From positions 178,127 through 225,671 of the forward strand of contig NMRA01000220.1 of assembly GCA_002633005.1 (NCBI GenBank): a stretch of DNA of 47,545 bases. Direction: 5' to 3'. Below are positions 11,892 through 23,687 of the stretch, piece by piece (the first letter of the stretch is position 1; every line of letters begins with the position of its first letter). The notes under the pieces were generated by a model. The model saw only the letters and a list, made by a program, of their open reading frames with translations. It did no database searches and was not told the origin of the DNA. The translations under genes and the position numbers were made by a program. The DNA is from Phoronis australis. Lineage: Eukaryota; Animalia; Phoronida.

Positions 11892-13574
11892 CAATGACAG
11901 CACGATAACGACCGTGTTGTTAATCCATGCTAAGGAACGGAAAAGTCAATGAAATTGTCTGAACCTACAGACGGCTGGATTTCATCGCGTCGATCACTGG
12001 TATTGGTACCAATCGAAGTCAAATTAATTTGAAGACACTTGTGTAGTAAAAAATAAAAAAATAAAGAAAAGACGCGAGGAGGATACACAGACAACTGCGC
12101 GAGAGATTTTTTTAATTATCTACAAGCGCATTACGAGGTTACTATCGGAAGTTGTTATCGAAAGCACTGCTGTCGAATGCGTCTATAACTCTGCGGCTGC
12201 CTGACCAGTTCAGCACGCGAGGACAACCAACAAACGTTAAAACTGTATCTTATTGTTGTGGAGTAGTTTAGTCTCTCAACAACTTGGTGAATTTTAGGTG
12301 AGTAACCACTAAATGTTTAATTATATCATCGAGTCCATAACACTTTTAAGCAAACACGTGTGCCGTTATACTGAATGCATGTTCTAACTGGATTTCCAGT
12401 AGACGCTGAATGACTAAATTAGGTACAATGCGAGCTTGGATTAATTATCTCTGGTCTCCCAATGCAAACCTTGACTCTTGCCCGGCGGTGTATATGACGC
12501 TGTGGTGCGCGTGAATTGTTTTATTGATTACCGACTCGTTTGATGATTACAGCGTTAATGCTCAGATATTAGTCGTCTAAACGAATATAAATTCGTATGC
12601 ATTTTCAATTAAATGCCAAAAAGAAAGTGACACGTAATTTAGTGATATGCTATGGCACATAATTGTCAAATGAAATGAGCCGAAGCGGCAAAACAAAGAA
12701 AACTAATGACAATGATAACAACGGTGCATGCATTTCGGTATACCGTCAGCCATCTCCCATTCTTCACCCGCAAGCGGCACACGCACTCACACGCACACGT
12801 AAACGCACGCACACACACACACGCCTGGATACACATTCGCCTACCTTTGAGAAATATGACGTTTGTCACAGGAAAAACTTGCAGCGCATTCAACTCGAAA
12901 TTTGGGTTCATTTTAACTCACGGCAACTGTTGACCTGGATGAACGGTGAACAGTTACGAATTACATGTACGTCTACCTGAGTTCCAAAGTCTTTGAAACA
13001 CCGTAAACATTGTTCTTGCTACAACAGTTTAGGGTCTTTCACCCCTCGTGACAACAGGCGACCTCAGTGGCAACTCATTCGTTGGTAGTTTTGTGCTCCT
13101 AAAAACATTTGACAGAACTTGCAAAACGTTCTTGTGAACTGGGAACGTTACAGACCACAAGAAAAAAGCGTTCACTTGTCTTAACCTAAAGTTAGTAGCC
13201 ATTGCTGTCCGTCAACTACTATGGAAGCTAAGGATGGCTGTTAAAAGGCGTGCGTACACGTTGCTCGGGGTAGATTACGAACGTGATGAATGTTCTGTCC
13301 TACTAACGAGAAACCACGGCACTAAAATATATGAGTGTGCTTTGCAAGCTACTCACGTCAATGCACGATTTGGTTAGACTTAAAGGGATACTAAATCAAG
13401 TTTTGGCCTTCTATAACAGTTACTAACAATGCCTCTCCCATCCACATGTCCAAAACCAAACAAAGCTCTTTAGCCGTGGTCAACGCCCAAACGTTTATAG
13501 CAAATTTTGAAAACTCCATAGATTAAAGTCTGCTAAATGGGCAAGCATGACCTACATGTACATTCCAGGCAAGT

Positions 13575-13804
13575 CAGAGGCGGATCCACAAGGGGGTTCA
13601 AACGCCCCCCCTCGGGACAGGATCAAAAATAAAAATTGAAAAAAAAAATTCGCCAGAAAAACGAAACCAGCTACTAAAAACCACAAAAAAGCTTACACGG
13701 GAGTAGGGAAGCCCCCTCCCGACCTTCCGTACGTTCGGCGCTACGCGCCTCAGATTCGCTCGAATCCTAAACCCCCCTTACTGAAAACGTAGATCTGCCA
13801 CTTG
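13575..13804. mobile_element. CAGAGGCGGATCC-type MITE
   Basis: CAGAGGCGGATCC...AGATCTGCCACTTG termini, AAGT on both flanks. Confidence 0.65.
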
Positions 13805-16800
13805 AAGTTACACGAAGTGTGCGGAAAGACCACCCGCCAAAAACCACAATATCCACGTAGTGTGTCTAGTTTTAGTTGCATCTTACTTTTGTCACTCAAA
13901 GGATGCATCATTGTTGTGGTAGCATTGACACCATGTGGACTGGCGGTTGAAATCAACAAAACAGGGGTCAGTATCCTTTTAGGCAGGAATGTGGGACTGA
14001 TTTTTAAACTGCAATTTAGTGACACATCGTTTTCATGAACTCGCGTTCAGGTTCCGCCAAAGAAACGAACTTTTGAGTTAAACTACTTACTGCAATGGAA
14101 TTGGTCTCGGTTTGTTAGCATACTCAGAAGTGTGAGAAATCACTTCTGGGAAACCTGTTTCTTGAAAAAGGCTTAAAATTTAAGCCGCAAATTTCGATCT
14201 TACGCTCCACCCTACTATAATGAAAAATAATTTAATACCACTTTAACAAAAAATACACAGCCTTTTAGAATATGCCCATTTCGTGTGCATTTCTAGGCTG
14301 TGATGTACTAAATTACTGAGAAGTGAGTACGTGAGACAAAACTTTGACTTAAGTCTGCACTTGCAAAAAACTAGCAGTTCGTTATTCTTTGAGACCACAC
14401 ACGTCAATGAACGGTCACGTGATAATCCCACTTACATGTATAGAACCAGTGTTCTGACTCAAGACTTCAAAATCAGAAATTTTGACTCGCGCTCCACATT
14501 CCATTTCCAAAAGATAATTTTATCTCAGCTCGGCAAAGGTACACGGACTCTTGAAATGGACCGATAACTGCTAGCTATCCAGTTATTTCTAAATTGTGAT
14601 TTGCTAGCAGTTACATGTCAAAAATTTTTTATTCATTAATTGTGAAGTAGAACCTAAGTCACTTCTGGATGATGTAATCACAGTTTGAGACAAATTTTAT
14701 AATTGGTTTAAATCTCTGAGGTTTAAATCAAACGTTAGTTTTAGTGATGGTTTGCCGTAGCTCTAACGAAACAAAACCTATTTTTGCACATTTTAGAAAA
14801 AATATGTTTGTCTAGATGTCAGTGAATCGTAACAACAGCCAGCCACGAGAAACGTTGAAATCAACCAAATGCACGGATTATTTGTTTAAATTCTTTTGAC
14901 TTCGAGACACTTGACCCGTGGGAAGAGTTCGCTGAGCAAAAGCATTAAGTGGTGTTGTTGTATGTTGTCAAGAGTTATGCTGCGTGAAAAATTGGAGGAG
15001 ATCACCTAAAGATACAAAGTGATTAGCAGAAAACATTTAAATTCTTAAAAATCCCGTTATTAGTATTCTTTAAATCCAATAGGTCAACCCACGGGAAAAC
15101 AATTCATTTAACTATTTGCCATCTGCATTTTGTCAATTCAACCATAATGAAACAATCAACTAAAAATACAGGTCTGAGAGCTTAGAGGTATTTTTGAAGT
15201 GACGTCTTGACAATTTGTCAGATCTGTTCTAGCTGAGTAAATTATTTAACTGGAAGTGATTAATCAGCCAATAATTTGTCATAGTTAACAGATGAGAAAT
15301 GTGGGGCGCGACAGGAAAACGGTTCATTATTGGACATCTCCGACACTATGATAAATCTGAGTTAATTATATCCGCAAAAACCGGGTTAGCGCAATAGCAC
15401 CAGAGACCCATCCCGTGTTCGGGGACAAACTAATGTTCTAAACTCCTAACAACCATATTGCTTTCAAGGCAACTACTGTGGTGTCCCTTAGGGACATTTT
15501 TTCGCATCTACAGTGTAGATCTGTATCTCTTAAATTATAAACCCCTTGCAAGATGTTTTTGACATTTTGCAATTATATTCATTGACAGCAATTGGACGGA
15601 TTCGACTACCGCTATGGTTCCAAATGTCAGTTTGTTTTATTTTACGTTTGCTTTGTACCTTTGTAGTTCTTTTACAAATTTCCTTGCGATTTGGCAAATA
15701 GTTTTGAGAGATGACACCTTCTCATTTTTAGATGGTTTGAATGTATTTTGTGTCATCTAATGACCGTTTTTATGATACAAATAAACGCCACTAGAAGCAA
15801 CACCGTTTGCGGGGCAGTCGTGGGCGCATTTCAACTCGCCACGTTCTCTTTTTTCTTGTAGATTGAGGTTACGCCACAGAGGATACCAAAGTCATAGAAG
15901 AATGAAGGTGTCACTCATTACTCTTGGACTTGTTTCGTTGTGTTGCACGTATAGTAAGAATTTCTTTTATTATGTAGTTTAATAATAAACATTGACGAGT
16001 TTTAAATTGACATTATCGGCGACAATGTTATGTACACGAACTTGAGGTCAGCCCCAAGAGAGCAAACCCGCGACCTCAACGGTCGCATTCCGACGATATG
16101 CTGGTAGAGCAATGCGGCAAATAGCTGAGTATTTTGAGCGTATTCTAAGTGATAAGGTCACGTACCATGATATGCGAAATGTAACGAAATCACAAAAACA
16201 TCGGCACTTGGCTATTTTTGGCTCTGGCCAAAGCCAACAACTTCCAGAAGTCTATCCCACTGACCAGCAATGAACTGCCCTATAACCGACAGTGTCCTTT
16301 TTAGTTTGTTGGTTTCGGTTCACACGAACACTACATCTCCAGTACGTTGCCTACGTTTTATTGTTTTTTATGTAAACAACGAAACAAAAACACATTCAGT
16401 CCTTTACGTTCAACCTGCATCGATTAACCGCACTTTACCGAAAAGTGCAACTAAAATATTCGGTTAAAGTCAAGTCAACAACCATTTCGCTGTAAATAAC
16501 CGAGGACGCTTACTTTCCAGATTTTATATTTAAAAGATAATTTACCATCATTTTTAGAACTCCTAATGCATTCTTTGAAGTACTGTTGAATTAGTTTCAT
16601 ACGACAAAGCGAAGTGAATTGAATGCTGAATTGGGTGTCAAAAACCGGGAACGAACAGAAAATATGCGAACTTGCCGTTTCGTGAAACTTTATAACCCAT
16701 ACATGTACTTTCTTATAACGACTCCAATTTTAAATGGGTTGTTCAGTTTCAATATGAAGTATGATTAAATTTCCTAAAAAAATCAGAATTTCCACTTGCA

Positions 16801-19432
16801 GATTTATGTTTGTTTTTTATTACATGGTTTCTTATTTTCACATTCGTTGGGAAACGGTTCCGCCCTTGTTATAGTTAAACATTCAACAACTGGAGTTCAA
16901 ACAGGTAAAGTACAGGAATGTATTCGAAAACTTCAAAAAGACATTAATTGTTCTCAGAAGTGTAAAGGCATGCAGTGGAAGGTGCCTTTTGTGAGTAAGA
17001 GTTCCAGTGCATTAACCTTAGTGATGAATTAATGTTCGTATGTAATGTACGTGAGAGAAACCAAATCGATCCCATTTACACAAATATTAAGTGCTTGATT
17101 ACTGCAGTTTTAATTAGTACTTGACTCATATTGCCTGTAGGAGTCAATAAATCCTTTTTATTCCAAATGGATATCCGTAAAGCTCTATCAAAGACCTCAC
17201 GAAGCCATGTCTATATCAACATGGGTCTACATAACGTGTCGCCACAAACGCACTCAGCAGTTTAGTGCGCGCAGATCTGACACTTTTCAACTATAAAACA
17301 AATAAGCACTCTCTCACATATGATTTGGTGTATCAGGTGTAAGTCATTCTTACTACAACACTATCAAACTGTTGATGCACGGGAGGTTGCTCATTGCGAC
17401 AAGAATTCTATGCGCTGAATACGGTCTACATGTATAAATTTAACGATCTGTCAATTCCAAGCACATTAACCGCTTTTCGTCTGAGTTGGGAACAAGTAGA
17501 AACCAGCCAGTTTCATGTCTATAAGTGATCAAATCAAAAGGGTTTCTAGTCATAGCTAACCATACACACAAAAATTCTTCTTACTGAGCCCTAAGATATG
17601 GTATGTCACAAAACTGGCTTTTATGTGAAATTCGCTGCCCGAATCCAGTACTCAATATCTGACTATATGCAAGGGTTGTCGAAATAATGCAACTCACAGT
17701 TCTATGATGACCCGTCATGTGAAAAAATAAAACTAATGACCTGTCCAAGACTTTGATACTAATAGTTCACGAGAAGAAATTAAAAAGGCAAGTGGATATG
17801 TTTGAGCGGAGTATCATTTATTTCCTATATCTTTTGCAAGTTCCATGAACCAGCGAGATGAAAAACAAATTTTAAGTACATTTTAAAGATGTTGTTTTCT
17901 ATCCGTAAGTTTTATAGCCACAAATCCGACTGGTTGTTTGGCTGAGCCATTCGAAGCAATACTAGAGCTACTACTTTAAAAGGTGCAGACTAAATAAACA
18001 TATAGTTATTTCAAAGATCGTCTTTATTAGAATGAAGAGGATCTGTAAATAAACAAAAGCAGGTCTTAGCCTAACGATATGATAAAGTTCTACTATGTGA
18101 AATACGACTTACAATAGTCTTATTTACCAATAAAAGAGTCCGACAGCACAATCGTGGGTTGGAGCGAGTAGCGGAAGTACGTCAACGCCAGAAATTTGTA
18201 ACATTCTTGATCCGCTAGGTGACTCTTCGCGCAATGTCCCTAACCAATCATAACAACGCATAGTAAGGTTAAAGGTCAGGAAGCTTGCCGGGCTCTATCA
18301 GAGTAAGCCGAAGTCAGTATGTAGTCTGCAGAGCAACTACTTGTCAAGTTTACAATAACAGTATTTGGAATTTCTGGAATCCCACGGTCTACAGTATGAC
18401 AGTGCTAGCTGGGTCACCTGGTCACAGCTCTTGTACACATAACCACAACAAAAGTGAACTGAACGCCAGCCAGCCGGGTGTGCTTGCATTGACTTAAAAC
18501 GGGCTGCCAAAGCGCTTTTTATTATTCTTCAAGTGTTTACCAATACATATTTGTGTCCGGAATCCACTCCAACGTAACAGTATTGAATTCAGACGAAGGA
18601 CAACGTACTGAGGATCACAAAAAACGAAACAGCATTTTGAAGATAACTATAGTATCAACTACTCACAGCTGGCGAAACCTATAGTTGCATAAAACTGTAT
18701 AAAATCCGACTTTTTCAAACTTCGAAAGTATTTACAAACTCATACCGGATGAGAAAATGAACATAACAGTTTCTTACCAATTCTGAGCCAATCTCTCATC
18801 TACAGAGTGCAAATTTCATTGCAAGACAGCCAAGCGATCGGCAACATTTCATCACAGAGCACTGTACGTAAGAGACGTGGAAAAATTTTCGAAAAACAGC
18901 GTGAAATTTGGATCAACAACCTCTGAGTACTCCTGGTAGTCACCTAGGCTATCGGCAAATCCGCTGGCAAAATGAATTCAGCCACAAACTTGACTTTAAA
19001 ATGAGCCATGCGCTCAAATATTGGCTTCCGGACGATCGTTAACATAGGCCTGAACGGGGAAAACTTCAAACTTCAAGAGACGTAGAAAAATTTTCACCAG
19101 TGACGCTGATATTTGGCAGTAACAAGTCTTAAGATATACTCTATGCGACAGGCTATCGGCAAATTGTGTAGTTATCTCCCCTCACTTATAAATACCTGAT
19201 TATAGCCTGTTCTTGTGTATTTCTTAGGAGGGCTGCTGGCAAGATTTAGCGCATGCGCAGTAGTGCATGTTACAAATTTCTGGCGTTGTCCTATAGCGAC
19301 ACCTATCGTTCGCCGAACAAAGTATTCTCTACAGACATAAAGCAAAACAACCGTTGTGTCTTTGAGATTTTATTTCAAATCGCCAGGCCGGCGAACTTAC
19401 CAGTTACTACTTCAATTATCGAATTTGTGGTT

Positions 19433-19500
19433 TAGCTCGTCGGCAGCGCTTTTTTGGTACCTGCCATCAAGAAAGTTCCGGGTTCGAATCCGCTAGGGGG
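19433..19500 (+). other. tRNA-derived segment (Pol III A and B boxes), not an intact tRNA
   Basis: TAGCTCGTCGG at 19433-19443 and GGTTCGAATCC at 19481-19491. No convincing cloverleaf, and a T6 run lies between the boxes. Confidence 0.5.
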
Positions 19501-21140
19501 CGGATTTCAGAAAAGCACTTTTCTCATCGATAGTGTTCCTTTAACCATTACTCAGCGGTACTCCCGACGGGCACATTTGTTCGTCCTTAAACTAGATTGA
19601 ACCGTGTCAATAGCGTGTCTGAAAAATGAAACGGGATTTTTACTCATCCCTTGGCAAAAATCCTGGTGTTTTAAACTATTTCTATCCTTGCTTAAATGTC
19701 TGCGCATTAAAAACACAAAAATGCACGAAATATAGGTTGAAATTGAAGCGAGTCAGCGTTTTTTTTCCTTTTTAGTTGGTGAGCTCAAGTCTCAAGATGA
19801 GTTCAACTAAAGACTAGAGCCTTCTTTCCTTTTTGGCCTTGTCACACAAAATGATCAGTATTTCGTATGAAAAAATACAAACTCAGCTATGTTAAATCTG
19901 GAGGTTTTTCATTCCCCAAAATTCTCTTCCGCATCATTTTAGCCCTGACATCGTCACGGTTGACAAACGTATCATTTGCCCAGTTTCTCTGTTATTGGGT
20001 CATAGCATTGTTAGACAATTGTAATATTTTGGTGTTGCTCTCTGACGAAGTCACTCTGCATAATGTTATTCAAACGCGTGACCCAAAGTGGAGCGGAGTG
20101 AATAAACCGACGAAAGACGTATTCTTTTTATAAACTTGTTATGGGCCAGTAGAATGAGAGTACGCGACTGACCATGACTTGGTATGCGTCGTTCTTGGCG
20201 TCATTGCGACAAGGTTGTTGCACCGACGAGGGAGTTGTGCGGCAAAAAACGACCGGCCGTCGGCAAAAAGGCGATAATCGGAGCTTTGTGAGATAAATAC
20301 ACAAAACGTACCGAGATTGACGTACATTAAGTAATATCTCGCGAGACTTTACTCCGCGTATCGACCGAGACCGAAGGTCGAGGTCGGTACGCAGAATAAT
20401 GTTGTTTTAGATGTATCACTTCATCTAAGCCAATCGAGGTGCGTTTTGCATTTATCCCATACGCTTCGAATTCCTAAGTTTCTTTCATTTTTAGGCATAA
20501 TTTTTATATACTTCACTGTTCACGTGGCGGATCATCTTGCGCGTTATGTTACAAAATTTCTCTAGTAAAAGAAACACTTATAAAGTAACGATTTATTACT
20601 TGATAAGAGATAACGAAGAAGAAAACAACGGTAATTGTGCATTGAACTAGTTACATTTCCTTAAAATAATTAAATAGCAATAATATTTAGCATTGTAGAT
20701 ACCGAGGAATCGACGGTTGCGTTGCAGACGATAAAATATTTCGCAAATAAAACTAAGACAGAAGTGTCATATAATTAACAGTTTTGTACCAGACGTAATG
20801 TTTGGGATCTGATTGCATGTTGAGTGTTATTTATATCTTTAAACTATTTTGGGAAGTTTTGATGATCGAACCGACTAATGACGCCGAGTCGACACTGACC
20901 TACCTTTCGAACTTTCCATGTTAGACAGCTATTAAAGTAGTCCCGGAAGTGCAATATGGTAAAGAATACCACGCCCTCAACCTTTTCAACGCGGATGGGG
21001 TTAAGTAATATATTATACACATCAGACGGAAGCACAACATGCAATATGCAAATTGCTAAGGACGCGTCGTATTTTTCGTCGCTATGATAGCGATGGCTTT
21101 TGAAGGATGCGTCTCCATTTTAGTGGCCAAACCAAGGTTT

Positions 21141-21583
21141 CAAGGTAGGCTACTTAAACTACACGGTTAACGGACTCATGAACACGGCCCACGTCGGACG
21201 CATGAACACGACTCACGGACCTGCAAACACCGTCCACTGACTCACAACACAGGAACGGACTCAGAAAACACGATCCACGCACCCAAATACACGGGACACG
21301 GACTCATATTCCCTAGTAAACACGGTTAACGGACCGCCAAGCACGGTTTACGGACAAAATGGCGATGTCAGCTGACCCAGGAAGCCGATGAGTCCGTGAC
21401 CCGTGTTTGTCGGTCCGTTAACCGTGTTTCCTCTTGAATATGAGTCGGTGTTCCGTGTATTTGGGTGCGTGGATCGTGTTTTGTGAGTCCCTTCCCGTGT
21501 TTGTGAGTCAGTGGACGGCGTTTGCAGGTCCGTGAGTCGTGTTCATTCCTCCGTGCCCGTGTAGTTTAGGTACATGTACCTTG
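21141..21583. mobile_element. Foldback element with arms built from about 21-bp subrepeats
   Basis: Left arm (about 21141-21355) and right arm (about 21390-21583) are reverse complements. Recurrent aacacgg..cacggactca units. Confidence 0.85.
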
Positions 21584-23687
21584 GGTTTGTGGGCTTTTTG
21601 AGCACTGCCTAATTCATCGCCAACATTTAATTACATGTACAGTACGCATAGCCCTTAGCAAACCATGGCATTTCAAACTTAACTTACCCTAACGCTTACA
21701 TATACGTATCTTTGTGCTGCTTTTGTTAAAAAAAAACACTACACGGTCTCAAAGGAGTTGGGGTTCAGACCAGACCCATTTAATATGTTTTTGGGACCCA
21801 ACGTTATTGTGCCTCCAGATTGCAACGTTTCCTATATTTGTGAGAAACAGGTCGCTTTGTGACGAAACAGCGTATATCTGTTATACTCGTTGCTGCGACC
21901 GCACTAGAAGCTCCGAGTCATTAACAATTTCTAATCGGAAAGCAAAAAAGTATTTTTTGTTATAGTATGCTCTACTCGAAATTAGGAAACCTGTAATGAG
22001 GTAAAACGATATACACGGAAGTTATCAGTATGGTAGCATTTCGGAAGATTATACTTGAAATATATAAGTGCAATAGGAAATTGCATGAGATCACACATCA
22101 ACGATAATCTTGCAGACAGAGCAAAACTCGACATACGGCCATGTTCGAGGATGAGTAAGTTCTCAAACTGTATGTTGTCCAGACGTTCGAAGTCCGGCCA
22201 AAACTTTGAGAAGTATGTCTTCTAGGTTCGAAAGGACTTGAGTTTAGAGTCCTCATCAGTTCTAGTAAGAGAGCCCTTAGCTGTTTTATCCGAATGGAAA
22301 CGGGACCAATCCGAAAAACAGTCTACCAATTGCTAGCAGACCGACATTACAGACTACAACACGAACTCTCATTGCCTATTTTAAATACAGCGAAATTCGA
22401 GTGTCGCTGTGCAATTCAGGACCACCCTTTTGAGTTATTTACACTACCCACATTTACCTGGGCAATCCAATTGAGAAAATGGTAGGCTCTAAGGACTGAG
22501 ACAATACCAATACCTATCACCCGATCGCTTCCGTACTCCCTGAAAACCTTATGCAACTCGGGGGATCAGAATGAGAGTACCTCAAATAATTATAAATAAT
22601 GATGAAATGCAACTGGATTAGAAGAAACTAATTAAGCTAACATTTCAATAAAAATATTGTTGTTTTCTTTGCTCTCAGCAATTCTCGTCTGTCTGTCTCT
22701 GAATTGCGCAGTAAGAACGTACATGAAAGTTAGCCGTTTGTCAAAATACACTGTGAAGCTCATGTTAAGTTTGTTCAATGACCGGTCGGACGATAAGGCT
22801 GTCTTTAATTGGTGTTCGTTCTTGTAATTTGCAGAAATTATGCAAACAATATTTATTTCTGGTTTGTCAGTGCAGAGTCAATCTTCACGGTTGCTACAAA
22901 ATGGGAAATATTGCATCACGATTTATAAGCACTTGTGAAATTGCAGCTACATACACGTATACGCTATTGAAGTAAAGGCAAGTAGATTAATGAAAGCGGA
23001 AGGAAATAATCACGCATTGATTACAAAAACACACGTGTATTTAGTAATCTGCGTCCTTGAATTGAACATTTGCAAAATTTTATGTGCGTTGTCGTTCGGT
23101 AATGTACTCTTTTGGAGTCCGCGTTTTTAACAACATACATAAAAACAAGTTTACAGTTACCCGGAGCATTTTTCATGAAAGAGGTCCACTACCGTTTTTA
23201 GTGTCATTTTTGGTTGTCCTAGATAAATGTTCAGATTTATTTAATTCCCCGAGGAGACGTTTACCACCCGAACCATTCATGCCAGCTTTGCTTATGCCCG
23301 TCGGAATGTGTTCGACATCGGATGCGTCATTGAGCGTGTCCTCGGTTTCAAAACAGAACGTTATTCGCCTTCCTGCCAGTCTTATTCAGTATGCCTGGAA
23401 GTTGTTACGTACCAAGATGCAAGCATCATGAGCACTTAAAAAGTGTACGACAAGATCCATCGGAGATGGCTTGTTCTTGTAAAAGAATACAGTGTTGCCC
23501 ATTCCCGCCAATCTGGCTAAAGCGAGACAAAACTATGGTGTGTGCGGCAAACATACTTTAACATCCGTCGCCACCAGGAGTGGTTCTTTATACGCGAAGC
23601 GTCGCTAGCTGCAGCCACTGTATAGTAGCAATCGAGGCCACGAAGTCACCCCTGCTTGTGAACAACCCGGAATGCCCACGGCCAACA

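Noticed and set aside
12241-12297. Hydrophobic stretch CILLLWSSLVSQQL as nAChR signal peptide
   Set aside because: Preceded directly by an in-frame TAA and has no ATG.
19433-19500. Functional tRNA gene
   Set aside because: Only A and B boxes are recognisable; no acceptor or anticodon stems, and an internal T6 would terminate Pol III.
21161-21560. CRISPR-like array
   Set aside because: Units are degenerate, lack unique spacers and are mirrored as a foldback; the context is eukaryotic.
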